A stretch of DNA of 64,000 nucleotides, taken from assembly GCA_013265495.1 (NCBI GenBank), contig MU063554.1, forward strand, positions 8,964,574 through 9,028,573, given 5' to 3'. The DNA comes from Vicugna vicugna. Lineage: Eukaryota. The notes beneath the pieces were generated by a model. The model made no database searches. It saw only the letters and a program-made list of their open reading frames with translations, and was not told the origin of the DNA. This document shows, piece after piece, positions 35,840 through 49,475 of this stretch; position 1 is the first letter of the stretch, and each line of letters opens with the position of its first letter. The position numbers and the translations under genes were made by a program.

Positions 35840-35971
35840 NNNNNNNNNNNNNNNNNNNNNNNNNNNNNNNNNNNNNNNNNNNNNNNNNNNNNNNNNNNNN
35901 NNNNNNNNNNNNNNNNNNNNNNNNNNNNNNNNNNNNNNNNNNNNNNNNNNNNNNNNNNNNNNNNNNNNNNN
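35840..35971. other. N block (132 nt)
   Basis: Run of n. Confidence 1.
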
Positions 35972-36599
35972 GCAGGCGGCCACTCTTTGAAACCATAGAA
36001 CTAAATGTGTTCTAGATGCACATCTGTACCCAGGCACAAAGGGGGCACAGGCGAGGATCCTAGATGAATCACTCATGAACGAATCATTAAAACAAATCTG
36101 GTGTTCGGTTAAAAAGACCACATGAGTAAACGCTGAGTAGCCTGTCTACTTGCTTTCTCTAGCAGGAGCCCAGTGTGGACAAGGCAAAGAAGATCTCAGC
36201 ATTGAAGCCAAATTCTTTAATCTGAAGCCCTTCTGCAACCAGCTATCCTGGCTGCTATTACCCTCTGATTAATTTTTTAACTAAATCTTAGGATTTATGG
36301 TATACTTGGTGAGTTGTACCAGGCAGACCCTAACAAGAGTCCCCAATGAGGAACCTAATTCATTTTGGTTCATATACCTGCCATAGTGTTACCATCCCCT
36401 TGATATCAAACACCCATTCTTCTCAAGCTGGTGTGCGTACGTTTCTGCAGGGAGCAGGGGACAATCCCAGGATAAACATCAAGCACATGTATGGAACACC
36501 CATTGTATTTGATGGTAAGCAATATGAAATCATTTTAAATGTTAAAGTAAATAAAATTTTGAAAGTGGTTAAAGTTGTAGTGGTTAAAATCCATCTGTG

Positions 36600-36735
36600 G
36601 ATTTACTTACTTAACTTCCCTGCAACCTAGTTTCCTCATCTGTAAGGATAAATGAGTACAAACTAGTGATACCTGCCTCTCAAGGGTCTTTTTAGACTTA
36701 AATAAGGTCATTTAAAAGTACATAATGAAAGTGAG
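36600..36735 (+). mobile_element. MIR
   Basis: TTACTTAACTTCCCTGCAACCTAGTTTCCTCATCTGTAAGG. Confidence 0.7.
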
Positions 36736-37379
36736 CATGAGAGAGAGAATAAAATCTGGAGCTCAAGACTCAATAAGTCAAGAAATTAGCATATTACAGC
36801 TTCTGAAATTTCATGCCGTAAAGAATCCTTTGTTTATTTCAGCATCTTGCCAAACAAAAGTGACCAAGGAACAGTCTTTTCAGGTAATGCCTGTTACTTG
36901 ATGCTGGGAAATGCCAATCTAGTAGCAATGCATCCTGCTGATTACAGAAGAGAAGCCAGGTCCTTTGGCTCCTCCCATCCCTCATCAGGGACCCCAAACT
37001 TACCTTCCGCTCTAATCTTCCACATACGGCAGAACCTTCCAGAAATCCACAAGTTCTGCAGACAGGTCTGTTCACTGAACGTGCCCTCCCTCCTACCATC
37101 CCCTAGGTTTGATATGACCATTGTTTCTTTGAAACAAAGGCCATGTGAAATGGATGGGGATACAGCCACAGTTAGAGATGTTGAAGGAGAGAGAAAACCA
37201 CACGTGATGAACTGAGTACTGAACACAGAGACGTGTTTCTTTGTTATGTGGATGCAGTTGTTTTCTTTCTAAATCCTAAATCTTGGCTGGATTTTATCAC
37301 CCTTATTTAATGATATAAAGTACCTGCACATCGTGTACATTTCTAGGTAGGAAGGAAAGAGGAGGTACTTTCTCTTATA

Positions 37380-37555
37380 CCAAGTACTTTTACAGCTGCT
37401 TACCTCATTTGTGCTTCAAAATAATAACATCAAATGTGAGTAAGAAAGAATTGTCCCACTTTTGGGGTGAGATTTCTAAGCCTCAGAAAAGTTAAATGAC
37501 TTTTCCAAGGTCATGCAGTAGCAGACAATAGTGAAGTAGGTTTCAAATCCATATT
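37380..37555 (-). mobile_element. MIR
   Basis: CTAAGCCTCAGAAAAGTTAAATGACTTTTCCAAGGTCATGCAG. Confidence 0.75.
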
Positions 37556-38186
37556 TATATCTATATATCTAATTACATGCATATATCTTCTTTTGTACAA
37601 ACTCTCTAATCAAGAACCATTATGACATAAGCATATGAGAAAATACCATGATAATTGTATTTCATGTTCAAATGCATATAAACAACTCATCCAGGTAAAT
37701 GCATCTGAATGCAAAAATCTGTGTTTGTGACTTTCTACATAAGGGTTAGTTTGTGTTAAATTCGAAAGATGATAATGTTGATGCTGAGAGAGGTGCACTT
37801 GTGTCTTTTCTTCCAACTGAACTGAACCTAAGCTCTGAATTTCCAGATAAATGTCTGAATTCCTGAAAGAATGCAAAGCAAGTCAAGGCCAGAATGAGGT
37901 TCTCAGTCCCTACACCATTGCAGAGCCCAGACAAACAGTAACGCAGGGGGAGAGGACTCATTCACTGAAAATGCTCCTCTAGTCGGCCCTTTTGTCTGGG
38001 CTGACTGGTGCACTGTTATTGGTAATCAGCATTTAAACGAACTAACCCTCCATGCCATAATCCTTTACTCACAATTCAAATATTACCTCTCTGTGAAATC
38101 TCCCTTGTACCCTTAGGATAGCTCTAAATGCATTTCAATACTTTTACAGTTCCTGTCTTATAAAATGTACCTGTTGTATTCTTATC

Positions 38187-38605
38187 TGTATCTGTCAGCA
38201 ATTGCTATGACAATGCTGCTTAACAAACAACTCCCAATTATGTCACTTCATGCTACCTAAGATCTGAAACCTTGCAGCTCTCTGCTCAGTCGGCTCCCTG
38301 GGTCGTCACATTCTGGGATCTAGATGAAAGGGACAGCCCCTGCCTGCTGTGTGCTGTTTGCTCATGCTCATGGCCCAGGTCAGGAGTAAGAGAGTTGACA
38401 GGAACCCACACTGCCTCTAAAAGCTGTTGCTTAAGTGTGGTAAATATTACATCCTTTTATATCCCATTGGCCACAGGAAATCATACAGTCAACCTCTACG
38501 TCAATGGAGAAGTGAATGAATGAGATGGGGAAGTGAAGTCTGTCTTCAGGATGGCAAAAGTGGAGAGAAAGTGAATATCTAGGAATCGGTAACCAAATCT
38601 ACTGT
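38187..38605 (-). mobile_element. MLT1J/K-like solo LTR
   Basis: TGTATCTGTCAGCAATTGC...ATGCTGCTTAACAAACAACTCCC...ATCCCATTGGCCACAGG...AATCTAC. Confidence 0.7.
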
Positions 38606-38894
38606 GTTATTTATCTACATATTATTCCCCCCCTGCCTCTCACCACTGATCAGTAAGGTAACAGAACATAAAATGCACATTTATCTTCTTATCTCCTTAC
38701 TAGCTAAGAGTAAGTATACAGAGAAGGCTTACTTGATACTTAAATATGTCATTAGTTGCATTCAGGTGTAAAGGAGTGAAAGTATCCTTTGGCACTCTCA
38801 GAAATGGTTATATTGTGTCAATATATAACTTTTCTAATGTCTCTCTCTTTCACGCACACTCACGCACACGCACACACACAGACACACACACTTT

Positions 38895-39035
38895 CATTTA
38901 CCAGTATCAATTTAGAGAAGACAAAATCAAGACTTGAAGCTAGGAAATTTCTCCAAAGTCACATGTCCAAGAAGTAGCAGAATGGGGAATCATACTCAGG
39001 CTTGTGTGGCTACAGATCATGTGATCTTAACCTAT
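38895..39035 (-). mobile_element. MIR
   Basis: CCAAAGTCACATGTCCAAGAAGTAGCAGAATGGGG. Confidence 0.5.
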
Positions 39036-41039
39036 AAATTGTACTGAACATCTTATTCTTTGCAGTACATGGTGAATGAAAGGAGAAAATGAGTTAAGTA
39101 GAGCTTCTAAAATGATGTGGGGAGTTATTAGAATCAACAATAGTCATGCCAGGGTATATTCCTCTTGCTGGAAGATGCAGCCATGATGAGGCAGCGTGTA
39201 AGGGCATCCTTACAGAAATTCACAACAGATACACATAGGTGATGCAGGGGTTGTCTAGCAGCACTTGCCTATTTTTTTTTATATCAGGGCACCCATAGGA
39301 AATGATTTTATTTATGCAACACAGTGTGGAAAATAGCAAATGTGTGAATGATCTGGAAAAAGGTGACTGGCCAGAAGTCTCCAGCTGCCACAGACCCTAC
39401 TGAACCATCTAAAGGCACTAGGATGCTCTGCTGAGAACAAGCCTACTGGAGATGGCCCTGTGCTGGAGGAGCACACATGCTCTCTCTAGTCAGAATTAGA
39501 GATGATCAAGGCTAGAAAAACAGACTCATCTCCACCACAGGTGATGTGGTCTAATGCTTTGCATGACACATTTTTTCAGTGGTTTACTAAGCACTCTTGC
39601 AGGTATTGGTAAATTTGTTATCCAAAATTCAACTGGAAGCATCAGTGTTGGCATACATTATAACACAATAGCCAGGTCCTCTGAGTCACTCACTGTTAGG
39701 ACACAGAGCACCATAAATGGCAGAATCCTGATTCTCTCTGCCCGGCTTGAACACCCTTAACTGTAAACTACTTATCAGAGTCCTCAGCTCCCCACAGCAC
39801 AGCCAAGGAACTGAAAGGGCTTCTTGGGAGCCAATAACTTGAATAGGGAGATCTTAGTCCTACTCTGCGGACTCAATGCAGAATCAATAAATATGATAGT
39901 AATTACTTGGGTTTAAGCTTACCGAAAAGGACAGATGAATGAAGTGGCTCATAACGTTATTAGTACACAGAGAATTGGCTGTTAATAGACCAACCAGGAA
40001 GAGAGAAAGACAAAAGAGAATTGTTTTTAAAAATTAGGAAATATAAGAAAGAAGGATTGTGGTATTTTGAAGGCATTTGGTATAAGGGAAGATGGTCCTG
40101 CAGAGCTCAAGGCTACGATTGTAACTAAAACAGAAGTGCTATGTACAAAACAAAAATCAAAGAATAGTTAGGTAGTTTTGAATACACACTGGAAAACTTT
40201 CCCACCACGTTTAAAACAAAGCAAACAAACAAATTAAAAAAACACAAAAATAAGACACTAGGAACAGATTTGTCTTCAGAGGAAGACAGGGAAGAAAGAC
40301 ACCCTTTTAAATTTCTCTAATCACCATGAAAAAAAAAAACAAAACTCTCAGATCTGTCCGGGTTTTACCAGGGAGGTTTAAGGATAACTCTGTTGCATAA
40401 AGTCACATTGTACGTTCCAAACTCAAGGATGTTCTTTTCCAAAGCCCATGTCGTGAGATGTTTGGACAATGCTCCTATGGGATACTTTATATTCTGCTGA
40501 AGTCAGGTAAGTCGAGGTCCAGATATTAAAGACAACAATTCAGAAGACAGGACTCTGACAACGTTGTACACTGTCCCCAGCAAATCAACCACAGAGGCAG
40601 GGTCCTTTCTTCACTGTCTCCTTGGCTGCAAGCCCTTCCCCTAAGTGAATAAACAGAAAGAGGCATAGGCCCGTAGACCAGGGTTCACGCTCGGACCCCC
40701 TGCATGAGGGATCTGTAGCAGGCAGAGCCAGGGCATGACCTATATGTTGCTTTTCTGTATTTATAAACAATATCAGCTACACGCCACTAATGCAGAGCCA
40801 TTTCATTTAATGGCACCCAGCACTGAGCAGCTTAATTGCCCTTTCAGTCACTGAAACATTCATCATAGTTTTCCATTGGCTCCAAAAGAGCCTGCTTGCC
40901 TCTTGAAACCATTAAAGTAGAGATGGTGAGTCGGTTTCCCTTTGAAAAATTTGCTCAGCTGGGAATCTGGGAGAGAAGGGCTGATACTTTACAAAGTTTC
41001 ATCACTGTTTGTGTTATTCATGGATTAAAAAAGCAAAGA

Positions 41040-41255
41040 TTTATTGTGTTCCTACTGTGTGTATCTGTTGTGTTCTGGGTTCTGCACTGAGCTGTTTTAC
41101 TTAAATATTCTCTTTAATTCAGCACTGAAACCCGGCAAGGTAGGTATCTATTCCCATTTTATAAGTAAGAAAACGTGAGTGCCAGAGAGTTAAAAACGGC
41201 TTCATTAACACCACACACCCAGCTGAGATTTAAACGTAGGTCTAGTCCAAAATCC
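41040..41255 (-). mobile_element. MIR
   Basis: GGTAGGTATCTATTCCCATTTTATAAGTAAGAAAACGTGAG. Confidence 0.7.
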
Positions 41256-41324
41256 TTATCAGCGACAAAAAATTGTAGATAATTGTAAAAACACTGATAA
41301 TAATTACCCTTGAAAACAATGTGT

Positions 41325-41475
41325 ACCAGGCATTTTTGCATTCACGATTTCTTTGAATCTTCCAGATAATCTAGCAAGTTAGACCACCGCACTATCAGAT
41401 AAGGAAATGGACTCAGGGAAGTTGAGTGATGGACTAAAGATCACAGAGAAAATGTACAGAACCAGGGCTTGTTTG
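41325..41475 (-). mobile_element. MIR
   Basis: CAGATAAGGAAATGGACTCAGGGAAGTTGAGTGA...AAAGATCACAG. Confidence 0.6.
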
Positions 41476-41879
41476 TGGGTTTAACTTTAAAGTAGTTGCT
41501 AAAGTCCTTGTGTTACACATTTGCATTAACAGGATGGTGACAGAATTCTTCAATAGTTATTGTGAACATTAGTCAATGTGCAAAGATACTTCCCCATTTT
41601 GGCAAAAGTATTTGATCCCTAGTTTGGTGGCGTTTTGTGATGTTTAAAATGAGATAGTTCATAAAATGTGTCTAACATCTACAGTGATGAATATACAACT
41701 ATTTTAACGGGTAAATGTTGGCATTGAGACCGCTAGGTTTCATGGAGTCAGTCTAGCAAGAAGTCAGACATATTTTTCAGAATCAGGTATATGTTTCATC
41801 CTCATGCCTCTTTTCACCCAGATCCCATTCTAAAGCTACTAACCGCTTATTTCTCAAGTCTTTAAGATGATCATATTCT

Positions 41880-42090
41880 ATGGCATTGAAACTGCATTTT
41901 AGGAATTCATCCTAAGCAAATAATAAGAGAGATGCTTACACGGTCTATGTGGGTATTCATTGCTGAATTATTATAACAACAGCAACAAAAAAAACCCTGG
42001 AAACATCCTACAGATTGTGATTGGTGACTTAAATTATAGTGTGTTCATTCAACTGCATTTCATAAAGTCTTTCAGGATGACACACACACG
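41880..42090 (+). mobile_element. L1ME-like 3' fragment
   Basis: TTTTAGGAATTCATCCTAAGCAAATAA...GTATTCATTGCTGAATTATTATAAC...TTAAATTATAGTG. Confidence 0.55.
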
Positions 42091-43024
42091 TATAGCCACA
42101 GGCATCTGCACAGGTACACACACAGGCTCACAGGCACATCTAGACAGAAATGGGAGAATGCCCAGGAACAATTTAAAGCATCTTCGGGTTAGATGAAGAA
42201 GGGGATTATGAATGTGTCTTGTTAGAGAGAAAGAGAGAGACAGAGAGAATGGATGTGTGAGGGTGTGTGTGATGTTTACAAAGCTTCTCTGTTTGTCAAG
42301 TTTTCCTTACCACATGGAACTTCTTTAACAGCCAGCAAATAAAGAATTAAACCTAAATACCCCGTGTTATAGTTCCACCCTGCTCTTAACCATAAGCATC
42401 GCTATACTTTAAACCTTCTGAGACACCAACTCCATCCTCACAGCCCCTGTGAATGGCATGGTCTCCTTGGTAGCAGGGGATGTCTTGTAAACGCTGCCTA
42501 TTCTCAAGGAAGCTGCAGTTCCAGCCTCCAGAACAAAATCCAAAGGGTACTTGTCTTAAAGATCTGCAAGTGGATGGAGGAACAATCCCTACCATTTCTC
42601 CTTGGGCTACAAGATGGCACAACGGTGTTTTCTTACTGGATTTACCCAAGGACACTGTCAGTGTAGGCAACGTGCTTTTGTTTATTTAAACTCTTGGTCG
42701 TTTGGTTTCCTGACAGTTCCTTTTAGAACAGACTCAATGTACTATATGTAGAGGAGACGCCCTCAGCCACTGCAAGCCTTAGGTCTTCTTAAAACATTAA
42801 CAACGGAAGTCTGCGATATTCAATTTTACCGTTTCTTATGTTAAGTAGGACATGCTTATGAAAAAAGACATTGCTGAATTAATTCAGTAACCTTCTAAAA
42901 TCACTTGTTATGGTTTAAGCTCCATAGAGTCTAGAGGTATATATATGTCTGATATAAATTCATATATACAAACATGCAAGATACTTCTATGCAAAATATA
43001 ATATCCCTATGAATAATGAAAACC

Positions 43025-43170
43025 AATTATTGAGCACTTACTATATGCACCAGGCACTTGCTCAGCGCTGTCAATACTCACAGCAAATTCACGGGGTAAG
43101 AACTGCAGCCTCCCTTTCTACCGCTGGGATGGTGGTTGGAAATGTCGGTAACTTGACATCTTCATGCAAT
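43025..43170 (-). mobile_element. MIR
   Basis: TATTGAGCACTTACTATATGCACCAGGCACTTG. Confidence 0.6.
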
Positions 43171-43529
43171 GGATTTAATCCTGACCCTTGAGCACGTAGC
43201 CCCTGCGGTTAAGGATAAGTGACACTAGCTTCACAAAGCCTGGTTAGTGCGGCAGAGAACCAGGGGGCCTTGGACTTCCGAAGTTGAGAACTCCTCTAAA
43301 TAAGGTCAAGCCGAATACTTCTAGGGAAGAGCGCTGTGGGGTAGACTCTGGGCGCGGCCACTTGCTGAGAACTGAGGCTTGAGTCCAACCTCAGTTCACT
43401 CTGGGATGCACGTAGGCATCTGCACACCTGCTAGGGTATCGGGAACGTCCCTTCATTTTGCACGATCGCCCATAGTGGGTGAGAACCGGGTGCCCTGGAG
43501 GAACCAGTGTGGTGCCCTGGACTTCTGCT

Positions 43530-43612
43530 GCCCCCACGCTGACGAGTGGCTTCCTCTTTCATTCACTGGATCTATCTCTGAGGCTTCAGTTTCTTCATCA
43601 GTAAATGAGTCA
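43530..43612 (+). mobile_element. MIR core
   Basis: TCTCTGAGGCTTCAGTTTCTTCATCAGTAAATG. Confidence 0.65.
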
Positions 43613-44151
43613 AGTAAGAGGTCCGGATTGTGCATGCCAAGCTCTCGTATCCAAGGATCTTGAGACATAAAAACAGTGAGGTTTTATTCCCTCTGGCATC
43701 ACAGACACAGGCAAGGGCACTTAAATGCCTTCATTTGAGGTAAGACCATTTACAAAAAGATCCAACAGCCTTATCCTTTTAGAGGCTAAGGTTTTTTTAG
43801 GGATTTTTTTTTTTTGGCGTGGGCGGGGTGCTCGGTGGAGAGAAGGTTTTTGTTTTGTTTGGATTTGTTTGTTTCTGTTGCTGTTGGTTTTTGTTTTTTC
43901 CCAGATTCAACCAACATTGTAAGAATGAAGTGCTCCATGCTTTCCCAGCCTGTACAGCCTGGTACAGTCCATTCCATCTCCCCAGCACCAGCGAGTGGAC
44001 TTTTTATGTCCTGGCATCTCTGGAGACTGCAGGGAGAAAGGGCCACAAATGCGGGTGAGCCAGGCTCAGCCACTGAGTCCTGGAGTGGGGGGAGATTCCA
44101 CGCTGCCGGTTCTAAGGGGCGAATCTGTGTCGATCAATGCATGCATTTCTC

Positions 44152-44531
44152 NNNNNNNNNNNNNNNNNNNNNNNNNNNNNNNNNNNNNNNNNNNNNNNNN
44201 NNNNNNNNNNNNNNNNNNNNNNNNNNNNNNNNNNNNNNNNNNNNNNNNNNNNNNNNNNNNNNNNNNNNNNNNNNNNNNNNNNNNNNNNNNNNNNNNNNNN
44301 NNNNNNNNNNNNNNNNNNNNNNNNNNNNNNNNNNNNNNNNNNNNNNNNNNNNNNNNNNNNNNNNNNNNNNNNNNNNNNNNNNNNNNNNNNNNNNNNNNNN
44401 NNNNNNNNNNNNNNNNNNNNNNNNNNNNNNNNNNNNNNNNNNNNNNNNNNNNNNNNNNNNNNNNNNNNNNNNNNNNNNNNNNNNNNNNNNNNNNNNNNNN
44501 NNNNNNNNNNNNNNNNNNNNNNNNNNNNNNN
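44152..44531. other. N block (380 nt)
   Basis: Run of n. Confidence 1.
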
Positions 44532-44967
44532 ACGATTCTTTAGGAATTCAGAAAAATGAATAAATAAGATCGAGAGCTACTATACAACCAGGCTATAATT
44601 TGCCACTCAAAGTCAGGGGCTGGTTTTGTCAGACTTAATGCTGTGGAGGGAATAGGAGAGCTGAAGGCCTTGGATGTGCACGGTCTTGGGGCAGGGATCC
44701 CTGCTCTGCTGTTTATTAGTGTGTCCTGGGGCACCCAATGTGAGGTGGGAATGTGGGAGTCTGAGATTCTTGTCCTTTAAAAAAAAAAAAGACAGCTGAA
44801 ATTGTTAACTATTACTGCCCAGGTTTGAGGTGGGGATTACTAATATCATTCATATGGAATCACCTGCCACATAATAGTCAGGAAACCTTAATTATCTTAT
44901 TCCTCCTCTTAGACTGAAGATTTAGGAAGTGTAAGGTGACCAGAGATCACCAAAATGCTGGCATCAA

Positions 44968-45222
44968 NNNNNNNNNNNNNNNNNNNNNNNNNNNNNNNNN
45001 NNNNNNNNNNNNNNNNNNNNNNNNNNNNNNNNNNNNNNNNNNNNNNNNNNNNNNNNNNNNNNNNNNNNNNNNNNNNNNNNNNNNNNNNNNNNNNNNNNNN
45101 NNNNNNNNNNNNNNNNNNNNNNNNNNNNNNNNNNNNNNNNNNNNNNNNNNNNNNNNNNNNNNNNNNNNNNNNNNNNNNNNNNNNNNNNNNNNNNNNNNNN
45201 NNNNNNNNNNNNNNNNNNNNNN
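44968..45222. other. N block (255 nt)
   Basis: Run of n. Confidence 1.
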
Positions 45223-45269
45223 TAAAGAAAGAGCCAAAATGTACAGAGTCCTGAAATTACATTCAGGAT

Positions 45270-45435
45270 ATTTGCTCTATATGTGTTCCCTTTGTGTCCA
45301 AGCCTCTGTTACCTCCTCTGTAAAAATAGGTGTCTTAATGTTTCTTCACCCACTGCAAGGGTTATGGGAAGACTGAAAAAAAACGTACACCAAACTGCTT
45401 TGAAAACTGTAAATCACAAACAAAATACTATTATT
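45270..45435 (+). mobile_element. MIR
   Basis: CCTCTGTTACCTCCTCTGTAAAAATAGG...GCTTTGAAAACTGTAAA. Confidence 0.6.
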
Positions 45436-45499
45436 TTAAATAACATCATTTAGTCTACTGGTATTTTTTTCTAAACTTGATCCATCCTATATATATTAT

Positions 45500-46830
45500 A
45501 TGTGTCTGTAAAGTATATTAAATGTTACCCACAAAAGACAAATTAGTCATAAAGGCAGAGGACAAAAGAAAAAGGAAACACTAGGTAGATGTGGCAATAT
45601 GAAAACAAATGAAATATGAAATAAATAAAATATTTTCGATGTGTATGTCAACCAGTAATACATAAATATGCATATATGGTACATAAGATTAGAATCTTAC
45701 AAATCAATAAAAAGGAGAAATAAAAATGAAATATGTGGTATAATAATAATGGTGAACAATGTTTACTGTTTCCCAAATACTCATAAAGATTTTATGTATT
45801 TTAATTGAATTAGTAAGAAAAGGGAAAAAACACTGAAATGACAATGAACAAATGAAGAAATACACACTAAAATAACACATAAAGATACTAAATCTCTTCA
45901 TAGTCAAATGTAAGACTACATCAAGGAGGCAGGACATTTCATCCGTCAAATTCACAAGGTTTAAAAACTGACTTCTCTGGTGCTAACGCATCGGGAAAAG
46001 AGGTGCTTTCTACACTGTCCTTAGGAGTGTGAACTGGCAAAAAATAAATGAGCAAAGAAAGATCATTTTTCTTGTAGGGAAGAATTTCCATTAAGCTTCA
46101 AAATCCGTTACATATTCCCATCCATTACCCATGAATTATATTTCCCTGGACTTTATCCTTAAATAATTAGGAATGTTAGCAAATATTTTAACTACAAAGA
46201 TGTTCATCACCATCATCACCATTGTTTATAATAGCAAAATATTGCAAACAATGAGTCCCGTGTTGAGAGACTGTGGCCATTTCATTAAGAAGCACTTATT
46301 GAGCAACTACTTAGTGTCAGAGTTTGTTCCAAATGTTGAGGTCGCAGCAGTGCACACGACTAGACCAGATCTCACTCTCCAGGGCCTCCAATTACAGTGC
46401 AAGAATATCTAAACTCAACAAGTTATGATATATACATGAGGTGGACTCTAGTGGATTTATTTGCCCCAAATATTTATTTGGGATCTGCCTCCTGTGTTCC
46501 AGGCACTGTTTTAAATCTGAAGGACACAGCTGTGTACAAAGCAGCAGCCCCTGTGCCCACAGAGCTTGCATTCCAATGGGAATATAGGGAATATATAACC
46601 AAATATAATGTTGTGGAGGCATATTTAATGATGTGGGGAAAAAAATCATGTTCTGAGAAGTGAAAATGGTTATAGGACAGTGCACACAGTATGAAGCCAT
46701 TTGTGTAAATAAGTTTAAAAATGCAGGCATGCACATTTCTAGAACACTGGAAGGATCATACACCAATTCTAGGCAGGAACATCTCCAGATTGTTTATTTC
46801 TAAATTTTCCATATTTGCTACTTTTAAAAT
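45500..46830 (+). mobile_element. Old L1ME ORF2 end/3'UTR, interrupted by L2 pieces
   Basis: A-rich L1ME text: TTTCTACACTGTCCTTAGGAGTGTGAACTGG, AAAGATGTTCATCACC...TTGTTTATAATAGCAAAA, CTGGAAGGATCATACACCAA. Confidence 0.65.
46280..46640 (-). mobile_element. Two tandem L2 3' fragments (about 46280-46415 and 46460-46640)
   Basis: CTTATTGAGCAACTACTTAGTGTCAG and CTGTGTTCCAGGCACTGTTTTAA...CCCTGTGCCCACAGAGCTTGCATTCCAATGGG. Confidence 0.7.
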
Positions 46831-49124
46831 TAAAACAACAACAACAACAAAGAGCAAACACCATGGACATAGATGGCAGATCCAAACCTAGCTATTGATT
46901 CCATGTAAAAAATTAGTTGATTTATACGTTGCAGCAGGCTCAGAGTTTGACTTCTTAATAACTAGGAGCAATAAAATAAAACGGGCCCTGGACCATTTTC
47001 CAAATTTAGTTTTTCACGATATGGAAGAGCTCAATTCTAGGCTCTGACGGGGAGGAAAGGACTTTGGAAAGCCCCTTCAGCCCCCGTGGGGAAAACTGAA
47101 GTGCCCAGGCGTTAGGAGGAATCCAGCAGGACCTCAACCCCATTCAGCTCAAACGGGCTTCACTTGACAGGGTTTTCAACACACAAACAACTATCTTCCA
47201 CTGTGCGATCCTAGTTTAATTCTCAGGCTAGTTCTGGGCGATGTCTCAGAGTGATGGAGGGCAGTGAGAGGAGTGAAATTACTCACACACACCCCCTAAC
47301 TGTTAGCCATTCCATGATGCCTTCTTTCTTTAAACAAAAGCAGGACAAAGTTAAATGAACGATTGCTAAATCCCCTTGGGATAGATGTCGCTCTGGGTCC
47401 TGACCGGAGACAAAGAGAAAATGAGAACAGGCAGAATATGGAAACTGTCCATATGACTGAGATATTTTGCTTCTGAGCCCAAATCGTTCAAGGCTCTATC
47501 GATCAAGATGTCCTTCTAGAAATTTGTAAATCACCCTAGAGTTACTCAGAAAGCAGCACCTGAGAAAACGTTGTCCTCACCATCAGTGGTAACAGGATAA
47601 TTATTTAGGATCACTACTAGGTATAGCTATAGGTTCCACGTGTGCTTGTTGAGTTATGGTGTGCAGACTCACTCGCATGCCTCTCTCCTGGGATTCTCCC
47701 CAGGATGGTGTTGTGCCAATCTTGTACCCATTTTCTAGGTGAGTATGTTGAGGGTCTGATAACCCAAACAGTTTACCTACAGTCACATCACAGGAATGGA
47801 GTAGAGTCAGAACAAGCCGTCTGACGCTGAACTCACTGTTCTTCCTTGCAGAAGAGAATGGAAAGAGGCTTTTTACAATAGGTTTTAAATACAAAAATCT
47901 TGTCAGGAGTTTGAGGCGGCAGTGCAAAATCAAATCAGGAACTTATTATGGTACCTATTGGTTTCTTTTTAATGAACCAAAAAAAGCCATTTGCATATAT
48001 TCTAAAAACTCAGCTGTGTAAATCTGTGTGTGTGTGTGTCTTCTAAACCTTTTCATCTAAACTAAACCAAGCCTTTACCTTATTTAGTTTCTGGACCAAC
48101 ACATCCTTACTCAGCCAGATTCTCACACCAAGCAGGATTTTAATATTTTAAGAAGTAAATTTAAACAGGACAATATAAGAGCTCCAAAGAACAGGAGTCT
48201 CTGGGGAAAAAAAAAATGTGTTTATTTGGCCATTTGTTTTAAGACAAAAGTGAAAACACTGGGCTGAACAGATCAGGAGGCTTCAGGCTATTTCCTCGGA
48301 GACTGTAAGACCGGGCAGGATGAAACGTGAACAGAAAACACGCCAAGTGCTCATGGTGCAAACACAACTTTGCGTCGCATGCTGCTTTGGTTATTTCCTT
48401 TTTCTCAGACGCTAAAGCCCCCAATACTCTATGGAGCTGGAAAACAGAGCCGTACGCAGAGTGATTAAAAGCGCCCCTTTTCTCCAAGCCAGTCCTGACT
48501 CACAACACCTTCTACCCCACGGGGCTCCCGGCACTTCTCATCATGAACCTTCTTCTTGGCTGAGATCAGTATCACGGACGCGTCAGAGAAGAACGCGGTC
48601 TGCATGGCGAGGAGTGTGATTTTACTTTCCCCCATTCTGTCCTATTTAACCCCTGTTTTTCTACCCTCCCGTCCCCTCCCCGCCCCCCTGCAAGATGTCT
48701 GGCACTCAGCGTCTGGCATGAAATCTTACGGATCTACATTTTCCGCAGGGCTGTGACAACAGGTTTCAACTTGACTTGCCATCCCTGGGAACGTGAAGTT
48801 TCATTTGTTTGTTTCCGAGGATAAGGAGGGTTGTAGCTCCTGGTGCTGAAAAGGGACGTCTTTACGTTTGACTGGAGTTTTCTAAAGAGAAGATGAATTC
48901 ATCTGTCATGGATTGTTTAAGAAAAGTATGTTTATTGCATTAGATATTGTAAAAGCGCATTCCACTTACGCATGACGTTCCACTGCTTTGTTGTTTTAAA
49001 GTGACTGTTAGCCTTGAGAGTATCCACTGGCAGAAACCTGCACTTCGCATCCTTAAAATGTTAGCAACAAAAACACGTGGGGAACCGTGTTACCTGTAAA
49101 TTGTGATATATCCATTCAATACAC

Positions 49125-49235
49125 CCTACCTGATTTTACAAGCTTGGGAAGCTGAGGCCAGGAAAAAAGTGATCTGCTCAAGGTCGGAGCTGGTTCATGA
49201 CAATGTTGGAATCCCCGAACTTGAATCAGGGTATC
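49125..49235 (-). mobile_element. MIR
   Basis: TTTTACAAGCTTGGGAAGCTGAGGCCAGG...TGATCTGCTCAAGGTC. Confidence 0.65.
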
Positions 49236-49475
49236 GGGGTAGCTCAGAGCACTAGCATCTTGGACATGGCCTTAAGGATGTCTTAAATACTCACTTCACT
49301 TTTTTTTTTTTTTTGCGTTAGTCATTCTTTTCCATCAGAGCTACATCTACTTAAACAGATGTGGCCCTTCCTTAATACCATCTTTTGGGACTCAAGCATA
49401 TTATTAATACTTGATTATTTTGCAGAATTTAACAAAATAGTTTTCCTACTCCCTGTTTGAAGTGGTATCAGACGC

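Noticed and set aside
36315-36410. Possible MLT1F 5' fragment
   Set aside because: Similarity to the recalled consensus is too weak to call.
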